The position numbers and the translations under genes are program-made. From Cycas panzhihuaensis (lineage: Eukaryota > Plantae > Cycadophyta), in assembly GCA_023213395.1 (NCBI GenBank), contig CM041465.1, positions 154,449,741 through 154,513,740 on the forward strand: DNA of 64,000 nt. The letters run 5' to 3'. The notes below the pieces were generated by a model. It saw only the letters and a program-made list of their open reading frames with translations, was not told where the DNA came from and did no database searches. Below, piece after piece: positions 27,307-40,944 of the stretch; position 1 is the stretch's first letter, and the number at the start of each line of letters is the position of its first letter.

Positions 27307-29589
27307 ACGTTTCCCTCTTAAAGAGTAGACATGTACTAATAACATAAAGCAAAATAAAAAGAAAATTAAACAAACAATAACCATTCTTCATATAAATGAA
27401 ATAAAGAATACACAATATAAATGATAGAAAATAAACTTATTTTTTATAAGAAAGGTTGGGGGCTTCATTCACTTGCTATGGGCCCTTTCTTATATTATGA
27501 AACTAAAACTTCTTTTCCTTCAGAAATAAAGAATGTAAATAAGTAAATTGATAAACCAAAATTAAAGAAACAAAGTGGGAATTAGGAACCTCCCAAGAAA
27601 GGAAAGTAAGGAAACAATCTATATATACTTAAGAATGAGAACTGAATGAGTTATATTCTTTAGAGTTAGAGCCTCTTTCTTTTTTTAATATTAAAGATGA
27701 AGATTTGAAGGATTGGTTATGGGGTGAAACAAACTCAAATAGATAAGAACTCAAGTAATAGAAGAAAATAGGGTTTAGTATTTCTCTTACCTAGACTCAC
27801 TCTACTTTTATCTTCTTTTGTTATCCTTTCTACTCTTTTATCTCATAAGCATAGATTAGAAAGGAAAAAGTGATGAACTTAACTTTCTAATAAAGAGGGA
27901 TTAGTAAAAATCTCCTTATGAGAAGATGTTGAATGGAAGGTTACCTAACAATCTTAAATATCATAAGGATATAAAAATTTGGATATAATGTCACTTATAT
28001 CCAATAAAATTATGATAAGAATAACTTCTTAAAACTTAATATAATTTGTTAAACTAGAGGTTAGTCAATAATAAAGAAAATAATAATTTCAAATAAGAAC
28101 TTAATAAATTAATTACCATAAGCTTAATAATAAGAGAAATAAATAATGGAGAAGAGAGATAAATAACATAAAATTAAGATAATACCCTTATATTGGTATA
28201 GATGCCTCAATTATATACTAAGAGACAAAGCCAAATTCCTCTAATGATTACTCAGAGTGACGAGTAAAATTTGGATGGAAAATATAATTAAATAACCTCA
28301 TTCACTTAATATGAAGGAATCAAGGTATAGGAATTACCCTAAAATAATGTTGAAACCATTAGTAAATTAGATTAAACAAGCCCTAAATGGGCAAGACCTA
28401 TCCTATATTACCTAACACTTAGTCCATGACACAATTGGATGGGAACAAAAGAGGCATATGTATTCCAAAATCTGTCAAAAAGTCCAACCCCTTATCTAAC
28501 AAAATTAGTCTATAAATAAACAAGACATTTTAGATATTCTCCCATAAAAAACACTTGCATTTTCATGCCTATAGATTATGTGCAATTAATTAGACTACAA
28601 ATCTGCCTAGAAGTTAGCAAATTCCTTAGAATTAAGGGAAAAATATGATTTCTACATTGTATGTCTAGCTCCATATTATTATCTACAAAGAATAATAGCC
28701 TTCTTAAGAAACCATATTACATTCATTAAAGATCATATCTTTTAGAAGAAAATTATGATATGAAATTGTATCTACCCTTACTAAAGTAATTAATGGAACT
28801 AGTGATATAATTTTTGACAAGGTAAACCATGATGTCAAAAGAAATATATGGTTTTTAAAGGAAATTATAGTGTAGTCTATGACAAAGTTAATGGCCTAAA
28901 GGTGATAGTTTCTTCTAGTTATAATCACAATAGTATGATAAAATCACATCTTCAAAAGAAAACTATGGCATTGAAACTATGGTAAAGTTATTAATCAAAT
29001 GTCTATTATTTCAAACAAGAAAAATCATGTTGGTTGGTCAAGTCAACATCAATATTTTAAAGCTTTATTAAAATTTGATATGTCAAAAACATTGTGTTGA
29101 ATGTAATATATGCCAATACCTTGGGAGTTTTATTGTATACATGTTATTCATATATGTTGGACTTAATCAATGTCAACTCTTAAGTTTTAATGGAAGTCAA
29201 TATAACTAGTAGTCAATATAGACCTAATCTATATAGGATGAATTTTAAGATATTATGAAATTAGTTTCATAACCATTTTTATAACAACTTGAGTTAAACA
29301 TTTGTATAAATAGTCTTAATCTAGTAAGTAGTATAAATCCTTATACTTTGTGAGTTGAATCTAGACTTGTATCAATTTTAGATATATGCATTATAGGTTC
29401 TACCTAATGTGATTAATAAGAGTATTCACATTAGATAAATCATTTTCATTAGTAGTAAAAGAAAATTGGTTGATCAAATCCTATATAATGCATTATTGGA
29501 TGTTACTACTAATTCTATAATCTAATGATGGATGTGTAGAATGTTTATATATTGGCATCCAAATTTTAGTTATGTTATTGAATTCAATA

Positions 29590-30050
29590 TCATGAGGAGA
29601 ACTTAGTTAAAGATGCATCATAGGAAATACAAAAGAAGATTGAGTCTTTGTTACTTATAGATTTATACTCCAAAAAGAATGCCCCTCCTCCCATAATCAA
29701 GAAAGTGAAATAAGTCCAAAACAAGATGGTAATTACTCATCTTATCTAGTGTGTAGTAAAAACACCTCTACTAGAATATGATGAGAATTTAGATGAAAAT
29801 CAACATATACTCATCTTTGAGTCCATATAAACATGTAAAGTAATTTTTGATAACCAAATAAGATAGAATGAGTTTCTAACCACTCTATGTAGGAGAGCGC
29901 AAACATCTTATCAATCTACAAAAAATTAACAATTGTTCCAAGATTACAATGCATGTAAAGCTAATTTCTTAAAGGCTTTTTCTCATTAAAAACTAAGATA
30001 ATCTATATTTAATGAGTTATATAGTTTGTAAATATAAGAAACTAAAATAT
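29590..30050 (+). pseudogene. Gypsy gag (retrotrans_gag-like) fragment
   Basis: VKTPLLEYDENLDENQHILIFES...NEFLTTLCRRAQ...YNACKANFLKAF...IFNELYSL. Confidence 0.5.
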
Positions 30051-30385
30051 TTCAAACCTTTTCCTTGATATATATGGAGATATTTACCTAATCTGTATAT
30101 AATATATATGTAAAAATCTGGGCATAATATATAGTAATATCTACTAAATATATATAATATAAATGAAAGGTTAGTAAGTAATCTTAAATAACATAAGGAT
30201 ATAAAATATTAGGCATATTAACACTTATATTTAACACAAAGATAATTTATCTTTTATGAGTTCTACAATTTGTAAACACAAGTAGGCAAAATATTTTAAG
30301 CATTTGCATTGATGTGTATGTAGATATTTGCCTAATTTATACATAATGTGGATGTAAAAAATTGAATATAGTATACATTAGTAGT

Positions 30386-32597
30386 TGTTTCATAATCAAT
30401 TTAGGCTAAGTACCTCACAATAACTTTATGTTTCTTGTATTTCAATTAAATAATGAGAGATATGTCAGCCTATAAAAGCCTTAAAACCAACTTTTACCAA
30501 CTCCTAAGGAGGAGTCTCTACTTATTAATGTTTTGTAATTAAAAGTGAATATAAATGAGTAAGAGGCTAAAATATATGATAAAGACTCAGTGAAAGAATA
30601 TACTAACCTACATAAACAAGTAGAGGAGATTTTAGTTTAGAGATGCACTAATAATGTTTTTGTTTTAGGTCTCTCCTTCACTTATTTTAACATTTTATTG
30701 GTTTATTTGAAGAAAAGAAAGATAGCCATATCATATGGTCATACACTCATAAACCAATTTACATGAAAATAAAAACAATAAATAAATCTAAAAGGAATCA
30801 CACTAAACCAAAAAGTAATCATCTCTTTAATTTTTTTTTAGTAGACCCTTTTAAGGAAAATAAAGAAATAATAAGATTAAAAGAAAGCCTTTTCTAAGTC
30901 TTTTTAACAAGTTTTTTTTTAACAGAAAAGAAATGAAAATGAACTTTGTAAAAGAAACCTTCATACATACCTAAATGATGAAGGTTAAGGGCACATGGAG
31001 CTTCTTTCTAGTCCTTTCTCTTGCATGTGTGATTTTGATAGAGTTTTCAACTTTTTAACCATGAAATAATTTTAAAGGAAATAGATAAACCATAAAATGT
31101 AATATGTAAGTTTAACAATGCACATAAAAGCTCAAAATTTATTTGTACAACCCATGAAAGACAATATGAAAGATGTAAAATCAATATACAAGCTTAAAAT
31201 TCACTTGTATAACCCATGGAAGATAACATGAAAGATGTAAAATAATATGCAAGCTCAAATTCACTCATATGATCTATTGAAACCTCAACTATAAGAGTAT
31301 GGAAAGAACTAACATTCATTTTAACAACATGCAACCATTAAAATCAATAAATTCATTGCATTTCTTATAAAAGAAGTAATGAGAAGGAAATTAAAAGCCT
31401 ATTATTTATTTTCCTTTTATTTGTGTGCTCTTTTGCAAGAAGAAAGAAAGAGTAAAGAATCAAGGAAACCATACCAAATAATCACAAATTTTATCAAATG
31501 AAAATCACCATAATTGTATCTTAGGATAGTAATTTTCTCTATTTTTACCAATCTTTCCCAATTTTCCTTTTACAATAGGCAACAAAAAGGAGAAATCGTA
31601 ACGATGTCACAAAATTGGGAGCCAAACAAGATGGATGAGATAAAAATTCTCTTGGAAAACTTGACTACTATATAGAGAATAGGAGGAAGAATCTATAAAA
31701 TGATGATAAAGAGGAAGATCTCTCTTTACTATATGTAACCCTCAAAAATCCCATAAATGATTGACCTTTCAGCTAAGATTTTTCCAAGGAAATAGAAATC
31801 ACAATAAGAACTAGAGCCAAGATAGAGAAGATAGTTTAATAAAGGCACAATATGGCCATCAATCCTTCAAAACATAAGCAAAAGAATGGTATAAAAACAT
31901 TACCAAGCTTTTGATAAGAGAGTTGGAACTCATATGAAGATTGCAAAAGATAAGAATTTTAGCAAATCTTAGAAAAAAAAGATTCAAAAACACTTTTAAA
32001 ATCTCTAAGTCTTTGCTCTCTTGATCCTCTTTTTTCACCACTTTTCTTGTTAAAAGTTGCAATAACTAGTAGTTATCTTAAGTCTAGGGGTTTTTGGGTA
32101 AAACAGAGGATGATTGTATGTAATCTAGGTGGTGGTATACAAAATTAAAAAGAAAATGGCATACATGACTTAAAAAATACTTACATATAATGACAAAGGC
32201 AACCTAGAAGAGATGAAAGAAATTATTGATTAAGAAGAGACCAAAAAATTCCATAAATTAATAATAAAAGTGTAAAATCAAAAGGAAAATATGTAAAAAG
32301 AAGTGAATTAAAAGGAAATGTAGGTCAAAATAGATAAAAGAAAAGATTTATTTATATAGTTTTTATTTATTAGTAGATGGAAGATATGATAATATAAACA
32401 TCATCATCCAAATAGCAATCATCATGAACCATTTATATTTTGTTTCACCAAAATCACATGAAATTTAATGAAAACATAGCATGATATCTTAAATAATCAA
32501 ATATAGTCTCATTTAACAAATAAATATACCCATGATCAAGCAAAGTGAACAATCAAGATAAACAAAAATCAATCAAGGGCTAAATTTTGATGAAACA
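30386..32597 (-). repeat. 3' LTR of element F (~2.2 kb)
   Basis: 8-bp perfect terminal inverted repeat and adjacent PPT. Confidence 0.75.
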
Positions 32598-32842
32598 TTT
32601 GCCCCCTTGACACCTGAAGCTCTTGCTTTAAGATAGAAGTAGGATGATGAGAGGTGGTAACATCTCATAGGTGAAATTCTCTTTAAAATGATAACAAAAG
32701 AAATGGAGTGATGATTGTATAGATGATGGAAAAGTAGAAAAAGAAATTTAGTTATTCTAAAAAGCTATTAAAGCTAAATAAAAACTAGTTTCGAGGGTAA
32801 ATCCTAATCTTACTATGTCAAAAATATTGCTAAGATTATCAT

Positions 32843-33095
32843 CAAATAGATGGGGCTTAAGAAAAGGTTATCACAAGAATGGCCATGAACTAGATGGCGC
32901 TTAAAACTTATTTGATCAATGATATTACTAATAATGCACATAAATTAGATGGGGGTTAAGAACTCACTCAACTAACTTAACTAATAATACTACTAAGGAT
33001 TCCCATGAACTTGATAGGGCTTAAAAGCTAGCTTGATTAATGATACTACTACTAATACCCATTAATTAGATGGGGCTTAAGAACTTGATTGGTTA
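32843..33095. repeat. Tandem array 1 in the F 3' region (5 units; the last three periods ~56-64 bp)
   Basis: Core CCATRAAYTAGATGGGGCTTAARA recurs at ~32843, 32882, 32939, 33003 and 33059. Confidence 0.75.
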
Positions 33096-33157
33096 TAGTT
33101 TTACCTCATTAACCATGCTTTGAAGGTAAAATCCCATGATAGAACATGAGGGGTAGA

Positions 33158-33420
33158 CTGTCATAGTTTATGAGCTCATTAATAGGTGATGGCTTTCAGA
33201 GCTTAAAGTGATAGTCTGTCATAGTTTAAACTTATTAATAATTAAAATTTTAGAGATTGAATATCGTAATTTAGACTCATCAATAATCAAGTTTTAGATC
33301 ATATTGTCATCATAGTTTTAGCTCTTTGATAGGTAGAATACTTTGGAGTATAAGGCTACTATAGTTTAGGATCATTAGTAGTTAAAATTTTGTAGCATTA
33401 TTAGTGATTAAAAATGGGGC
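33158..33420. repeat. Tandem array 2 in the F 3' region (about 5 units, ~45-60 bp)
   Basis: Core RTCATAGTTTA..CTCATTAATA variants. Confidence 0.65.
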
Positions 33421-36292
33421 TGAAAAAATAATGAAACACATGAAATTTGTGACATTTAAAGTAATAAAAATTATCATTAAAAGGTTTACTTTTATAAATA
33501 TAAAAGGAACCTTTATTCATAGAACAAAATGATGAAATTTTAAGTTGAAAAGGAAGTCCATTCCAATTAAGATAACTAAATTTTGGTCACTTTCCTTTAA
33601 TATGTACATATAGTTTACACTTATTCTAGAGTAGAAAAGGGTTCTAAAAAGAAAAATATAAGGGAAGTGAAGGCAAGAAGACAAACTAAAGAATAGGAGG
33701 GAGTAGATGAAAAAAATTTACCAATTTTACTCTTATAAATTTAAAACCATCTAAAAGCAAACAAATGGTAATAAGTTTACGGGAGTAGAAGATGGAATAA
33801 TATAAACCCTTCCTGAAAGGAAGACTTATAGAATTTATATCATACTCAAGAAAGATTATACAAGCATAGATCATTTCAAGATAAACTCAAAGGATCTACA
33901 TTCATATAATTTATCTAGAAAGAAACATATTATAAACCACTAGCTTCCTAAGCGTATAGGATTCCTCATTAGCTTCTTCTAGGGTAAGAGGCTTTAAGGT
34001 GCTTGACTCCTATGAAGATCCTCCTCATCCCATGATTCACACATGGTTCTATCTTTTCTAGCACTTCATTTTATCTTAAGTTTATTTAGTCAACCTTCAC
34101 AAAGTTCATATTTCTATTTTTAAGACCTATAGTTTATACTTTTTATGGAGGAGTAATTTATACTCATTCTAGAGTGAGGTGCCCCCATCATATGTAAAAA
34201 CTACCTAAGATAATTATATAGAATAGTAGAAATTAAAGTGTTAGCTTCAACATTAAGTGATTGTGGGATATATTAAATGGTAGTGGAAGAGAATAAGGAT
34301 ATCAATAATGAATCTTAGTGATACAAAGTAAGGAGTTGTGGAGAGTGGATCTAATAGATTCTAACTAACTGATAGACAATGATCTAAGAGTCTAAGTGAA
34401 TGATAATGGGACCATGATAGAAATAGGAAATCTCTAACAAGTCTCCTATAATAGTAAAATACTCAAATTCATTATTAGTTACTCTTAGTAGAAACAAACT
34501 AGTAGATAAAAGGAGGTTTTCTTATTAATCATATATAATGTATGTGGTAGTAGATGATCTTGGGTTACCTCTATTACCTTCATTAATGAATATACTCAAT
34601 GTAATGGGAAAGATAGGAACTAAATTTAAAGACAAAGTGATTGATAAAGGGAATTTGCAAGAATTAATCAATAAGGAGTTAGTGTAAAATAATAGAGAAG
34701 TAGTTTTGACTGTAAGGAGAAAAGGATAATATCACAACTAGGGTAACAATCTAATGATCAAAAGATATTGAACTAGGTTTGATCATAATTGAGGTCATAG
34801 TGGACCCAAGTAAGCAGATCCAAAAATCTTGAGTGATCCACCTAAATAAACTCAACCTATAGTAAATATAGGTAGGGACAAATCCATCATGTAACTTACC
34901 ACAAATTATAAGGGGATAGAAATAATAACATTTTTTACGTTTCTTTTTATTTTTTATTTTTAAATATTATTTTGATTTTTTTTTTTAAGAGAAAGACCAT
35001 CATAATCATCTAATTATGAAATGATTCTTCGCAATATAATAAAGATTACTCCTTTTCGATGAAACCAAAGTGGAATAAAAATAACCAAACTCCTTAAAAG
35101 TTGAACTACATGGATGAAAAAGGAAATCTAAATCATAGTCTTTAATTATAAAGGAAATGAGTATTCACCTTAGAAATATAAGTAAAGACAACTAAGGATT
35201 ATGAATAAAGAAAAGTCATAGGTGATATATGAGTAAAGTACAAACTCAAAGGTGAAAACTAAAGGCAATAAGACCAAACAAATAAATGGTAAATTAACTA
35301 AAGCTAATAAAATAGACACTATCCTATAAATAGCTATTAATAATGAAACTAAGGGCTAAAGTTTTGTTTTGAGTTTAGAACTCAAAAGAGGAAAACAAGT
35401 AATGATAGGATATGAAATTATTGATTGAAAGATAAATTACAACAACCAATGTATATGCCTAAAGATAGGACAAGAGCCTTACATGGTTAAAAGAAGATTA
35501 CCTTATAAAATAGAAGCCAAAATATTGCTTAAAAGAAGGTTGTCCATAGTTTTAGCTTGTTAGACAATATAGCTTTTTGGAGATGTACTTTATCCTTTTT
35601 ACAAAAATATGATGTTGTTAGATATAGAAATTTCTTAGAAATTAGGAATTAGTAAGCATTTCGAACTTTGAGCCTTCTAAGGTAGAAACCTGATATGCAC
35701 CATTTTCTAAGTCCTCAATAACTAAATAGGGTCTATTCCACTTTGGAGAGAATTTATGCTATTTATTGTGAAGGTATTCCAACTTCAATACCTTATCAAC
35801 AATATGAAATTTTCTTGGTCTAAACTTTCTATTGTGAGTAACCTAAATCCTTGTTTTAGAAACTAAGTTATTTTATAGTGTTGATAAATGAGTTTCATTT
35901 ACTTTCTTCAGTTCCAAAAGACACACTTCTCTTTAAAACTCTTCATTAGTAAATTATTTAAACAAAATATGTCATAAAGGGATTTCAATATCAAGAAGAA
36001 TTACTTTAATACTATAAGCCAAGGAAAAAGGTGTCATATTAACATCATTTATAATCAAAGTTTGGTATGCCTATAGTACTAGAAATAATTGAATATGCCA
36101 ATCATGATGTGAGATTACTATGGACTTGGCTAAAATCTTTGCTAGAGTCTTATTAAATGCTTCAACATGGCCATTAGATTATGGATGGTATGGGACTGAC
36201 AATCTATATGTAATAAAAAATTTATCATATAGTTCATCGACATGAGGATTATAAAAGAAAGAACCAATATCACTAATGATAACATGAGGTAC

Positions 36293-36935
36293 TACTAAGA
36301 AAACCTGGTCTAAATAACTAAAACTAGCCACCAAGATCTATCTATTTTAGAAAAATAACAAGGATTCAAAACTATAATAAATGCAAGTATATAAAACTAG
36401 AGATCATTCAACATATATAAAAAAACATACACATTGCCTAGTTCACAGAATTTAACATGGTAAAACCCTAGAAAAGTCTAGGGAAACATCCACACAGGAA
36501 AGGTATCAATCTTTATTAGTCAAGAATGAAAGATTTATACTTGCAGTCACCATAGAATTTTCACAACAACAACAACTAATAGCCACCTACTCGTAATACA
36601 ATACAATATAATGTGATATAAATACCCTAAAAATAGGTCACAAAGAAAGTACATCAATCGTAGCTATCAGATCTAGGTATTTTTTTATGAAGGACCTAGA
36701 TTCCCTTTATAATTTGATAGGTTTTGAGCCCTAGATTTTTTCTTCAAGGGTTACCACCCTTGAACCCCTGCTTAGAGGGGTTTGGAGGGGGAGATGTTTG
36801 GCTCCCCCTGCACCCTGAACTAAGGGGGGATATCAACCCCCTCAGATCCCCTAGAGGAAAGATTGGTAGGGGAAATTATACCAACAAAAGTCCAAAAAAT
36901 TAAGCCTCCTCATAATTGTTGTCACATATCTAATA
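36293..36935 (-). mobile_element. Element G: solo LTR (Copia-like) inserted in the F integrase
   Basis: TSD GGTAC (36288-36292, 36936-36940). Removing it restores IIFRFGVPHVIISDIGS. Termini decayed to TA..TA. TATA/AATAAA/U5 motif order indicates the minus strand. Confidence 0.9.
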
Positions 36936-37881
36936 GGTACCCCAAACCTAAAAATAATATATTGAAAAATAAAAGTTTCAACAATCTTACCTATGGTTGA
37001 TACTAATGGAATGTCCTCACTCCGTTTGGTAAAATATTTTATAATAATAATAATAATTTTATGTCCATTAGAAGATGTAGGAAAATTTTGCCCACAGAGA
37101 TCTAAACCCATTAAGAGAAGGGCTAAGGAGAAACTACATATTTTAACTCTTGAGTAGGTTATGAATTAATGTAGCACGTGATTAACATTTCTCATATTCT
37201 TTAATGTAAGCATGAGTATCTATAAATAATAATAGCCAGTAATATCCCATGTAGAGGATATATTAAGTGGTAGATTAATTGCTAAAGTAAACTCCACATA
37301 TTCCATTATAACATTCTGATAAGGCAATAAGAGCTTCGTCTGGAGAAAGACATCCTAATAGAACTCTATAAAAGGAATGCTTATAAAGAACATCATAATC
37401 TAATAGATATTATTAGGTAAAAGCTCAAATTCTTCTTCTCTTCTTCAAAGTAGAGGAAAAAAGAATGGTTTAATCTCACAAGTAAGACTTGATCTCTCTA
37501 TACCAAGGATTTTCTAAAGAGATAGCTTGGATTTGGAGGATGTGTTCATTTAGAAATCTATCATTAATAACTTGATTATTATGATTTGTTAGTGAATTAT
37601 TAGCCATCATCTTGGTGACAACCATTCATTTCTTTGACTTCTAATTAACTATTGGGAAGTCAAACTCTTATAATAATAATGACCATTTACCTAATCATCT
37701 AGTAAGGTTTGTTTTACTCAAAAGGTGTTTAATAGGATTAAATTGAATAATAAGAAAGATTACATTATCAAGGAGATAATGATGTAACTTCTTAGTAATA
37801 AAAGACAGAGAGAGACACCCATTTATTGCAAGAATATAATAGGGCATTGTAACAACTAATGTTCTATTAATGAAGTAAATC

Positions 37882-37900
37882 TCTCTCTCTCTCTCTCTCT
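37882..37900. repeat. (CT)n microsatellite
   Basis: Directly visible. Confidence 0.85.
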
Positions 37901-40900
37901 ACTGAAATCATCTTCTTGTAGTAATATACCAACTAGAAACTCTTTAGTGGAAGAGGTATATAAGATCAAAGTTTTACTAAAAATAGAAGCAAGAATAGGA
38001 GTAATAATTAATGCTTACTTCAACTTATCAAAGGACTCATGAGCCTAAGAAATCCATTGAAGCAAAATTTCTTTTTGTAGGAGATTGGTAATAGGCTTAG
38101 TACTTAAATAAAAATTATCAATAAAATGTCTAAGAAAATCAAGTCTTTCCAAGAAACATTTACCTTGCTTTTGAATTGTTACAAAAGGCATTTCAACAAT
38201 TCCCTTAACCTTATTAGGATCAACTTTAATTTTGTCATGGGAAATAATATTTCTTGACATCCTACTAAAAGTAACTACAAAAATATATTTTGTAGGATTC
38301 AAACATAGATAATATTTTTGAAATCTCTCAAAGATTATTCTTAAATCATGAATATGATCTTGCCATCAATGGGGAGGGGGGGGCAAGCATATCATCGAAA
38401 TATATTGCAATGATATTACTAATTAAATCATGGAAAATAAACACCATAGCTTGTTGGTATGTAGCTCTAACATTCTTTAATTTGAAAAGTATGATTTTGT
38501 AGACAAAAGTCCCCCAAGGAGTGGTAAAAGAAGCTTTATGATGATCTTAAGATAAAATATGAATTTGATTATATCTAGAGAAACCATCCATGAGAGATAT
38601 GACTTCAAAACCTATTATTTGGTCCTAAATATGATCTTAGAAAGGAAGAGGGAAATTGTCTTTAGGATAGGCAACATTGATACCTCAAAAATAAATGTAT
38701 ATTTTGATAAATCCATTCTTCTTAGCAACTAGAACTATATTTGAAACCTATTGGGAGTACCCCATACTTTTGATGAATCTAGCCTTCAATAATTTTTTAA
38801 CTTATTATTTAATTATGATAGATAAATGAGGATGTATAGCTCTTTGCGATTGACACTTAGGCTTGGTGTTAGGAATAGTAGTGATATTATCTTGAATAAT
38901 ATCAGAATGAAAACTCTGCATATTCTTATAGTCCCAGTTAAATATAGAATTAAACTTTTGAAAGAGATCTTTAAACTAAGAGATCTCTAATGATCTTTGA
39001 AGTATCTTCTAACTCTAAATCAATATCAACCATCTCTCCTATGAGCATGTCATTTCCTTATTAAAAATGAGAAGGAGCAAGTTCTACTAAATAAAATAAT
39101 TCCTCAGATTGAGAATGAGTAGCTAGTATTAAATCTAGATGTATTACTTTTGTAAAACCTAGTTTATGGTGATGAAAAGGAAGATTAGATATGGATCCAA
39201 CCATATACTCAAAATTCACTTTGTCATTCTTAAAATGATCTAAGTGAAAGAGATTGATGAGAATTACATTTTTGATTAGTCATAGGAGTGAGGTGATGGC
39301 TCGACAATTTTAGAGTTATCAAATGAAGAATGATCGTGAGCTAATAAAAACTCAATAACTAAAGGAACTTGAGTTAATAGAAAAGGCAAATCTACAAATT
39401 CCCAAATTGAAGTAGAAATGTATTTCAACTCTTTTTGGTCAAAAGAACGATCATAACCAAAGGTGGCCACCTAAACTGGAGGTGATGAAGAATCATCAAT
39501 AAAGTTATGAGGAGAAAAGGAAATAATCAAAACCATATTAACTTCTCGTACTATATTGTGTAGAATTTGAACTATTTTAAATTAAATAGAAGATAAAGCA
39601 ACCTCATCTTCAAATATTAAATTTAAAAGTCTATATAAAATGAGCTTCCTTTCATGTTAATTAATCCAAGTAATAAAGAAAGGATATTGAAGAAGAATGG
39701 GTGTCTTAGATGGAGGTACAACATCTAAAGACAAAATCATTCATTTAGATAAAGGAGTAGTTGTACTAATAAAAATTGAGACACCTCTATCTAAAGGTAG
39801 ATATAATACTTGTAAAAAATAATATTTATTTAGAAGGGATAGATTAGAATCAATTTCTCAAGTTCTAGAAAGTCTTTTATAAGATTAATTAACATCATAT
39901 CTCTCTTCCTCAAGAGAGGGAGTGGAAGACTTAGATGTCTTAGTAAGGTGAATGTCATCAGATGAAGGAAGAGAACCTAGTTTAAAAGGAACAACTTCAA
40001 CCATATCAATACCTTTGACTTCTACATGAGGAGAAGAGGGAGTCTTAATAGCGAAATATCATCCTAGACCTAAAGATTAAAAGAAATATTTTCAAAATTT
40101 TAATGACTCACTAGGTTCATAAACAACTTCAACAAAAGGTACAGTTTACTTGATTAGTTTGGGTTTATGTATAACAATTTTCAATTTACCTTCATAAATA
40201 AATAAAAGTTCTTTAAAAGTGAGAAGCAAACAACATCTATTTGGGTGATTTAGGGTCTACCTAGAAGGTTATTATATTCTAAATTAAGGTCAATAATAGT
40301 CAATTCAGTAAAAACTATATTTCCTTCTAAAGTTAAGGGTAGAGTTACTTAGTTGAGAGGAATATTTTGATTTTTATTATAACCTTGACAAATCCATTTA
40401 CAAGGATAAAAATTTGAGATCTTTAAATCTTCTATAAGGTGAAGAGGGATAACACTAGAAAATGAACCCTCATCAATGATAACACATCTGATATTTATAT
40501 CACCCTTAATAATCTCAATATAAAAAGGAGGAATTACTAAAACACTTCAGGATCTATAAAATCATGCATTCTAATCAATAAACACACTATACTAACTAAA
40601 TAAGGCAGGAAATAAGTAAAAAAATATGAGAATAATAGAATATGAAAGAGCATGGGTGAATTTGTCACCACATAGGACTCAATTTAGGTAGGGCTTCTAT
40701 ATAACATTCAATATCATATATAAAAAAATGGTACGAGGCTTAATTTATAGGTAACCCATCAATATTATCATGAATATAATTAGTTGACTAAGTGGCACAC
40801 ACAACAGGCCCAACCATATTATACAACAAGGTTAAATTACAATAAAGGGTCATATGAATATTATAATATGAACATAATATTACATAAAATATAAAGAAAT

Positions 40901-40944
40901 GAGGATGTTATTACATAGTTTTAACACTCTCCCTTAATAGTGGC

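Larger units (their letters stand above)
30386..40534 (-). mobile_element. Element F: Gypsy non-chromovirus (Tat/Athila-type) with a long LTR and long 3' region; gag and 5' LTR lost
   Basis: 3' LTR 30386-32597 with terminal inverted repeat TGTTTCAT...ATGAAACA, and PPT revcomp TTTGCCCCCTTGA at 32598. INT (GLDLCGQNFPTSSNGHK; IIFRFGVP), RH, RT (MNPTKYIFVV; FTTPWGTF) and PR remnants at 35600-40530. Confidence 0.85.

Noticed and set aside
29156-29589. Possible solo LTR (TGTTGG...CAATA)
   Set aside because: The flanking 5-mers do not match and there is no partner copy.
27930-30240. Shared ~80-bp segment at 27930-28010 and 30160-30240
   Set aside because: Probably two decayed pieces of one repeat family; boundaries could not be defined.
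32843-33095. Repeat-spacer pattern resembling a CRISPR array
   Set aside because: The repeats are degenerate, the linkers resemble each other, there are no cas genes, and the context is a eukaryotic retrotransposon 3' region.
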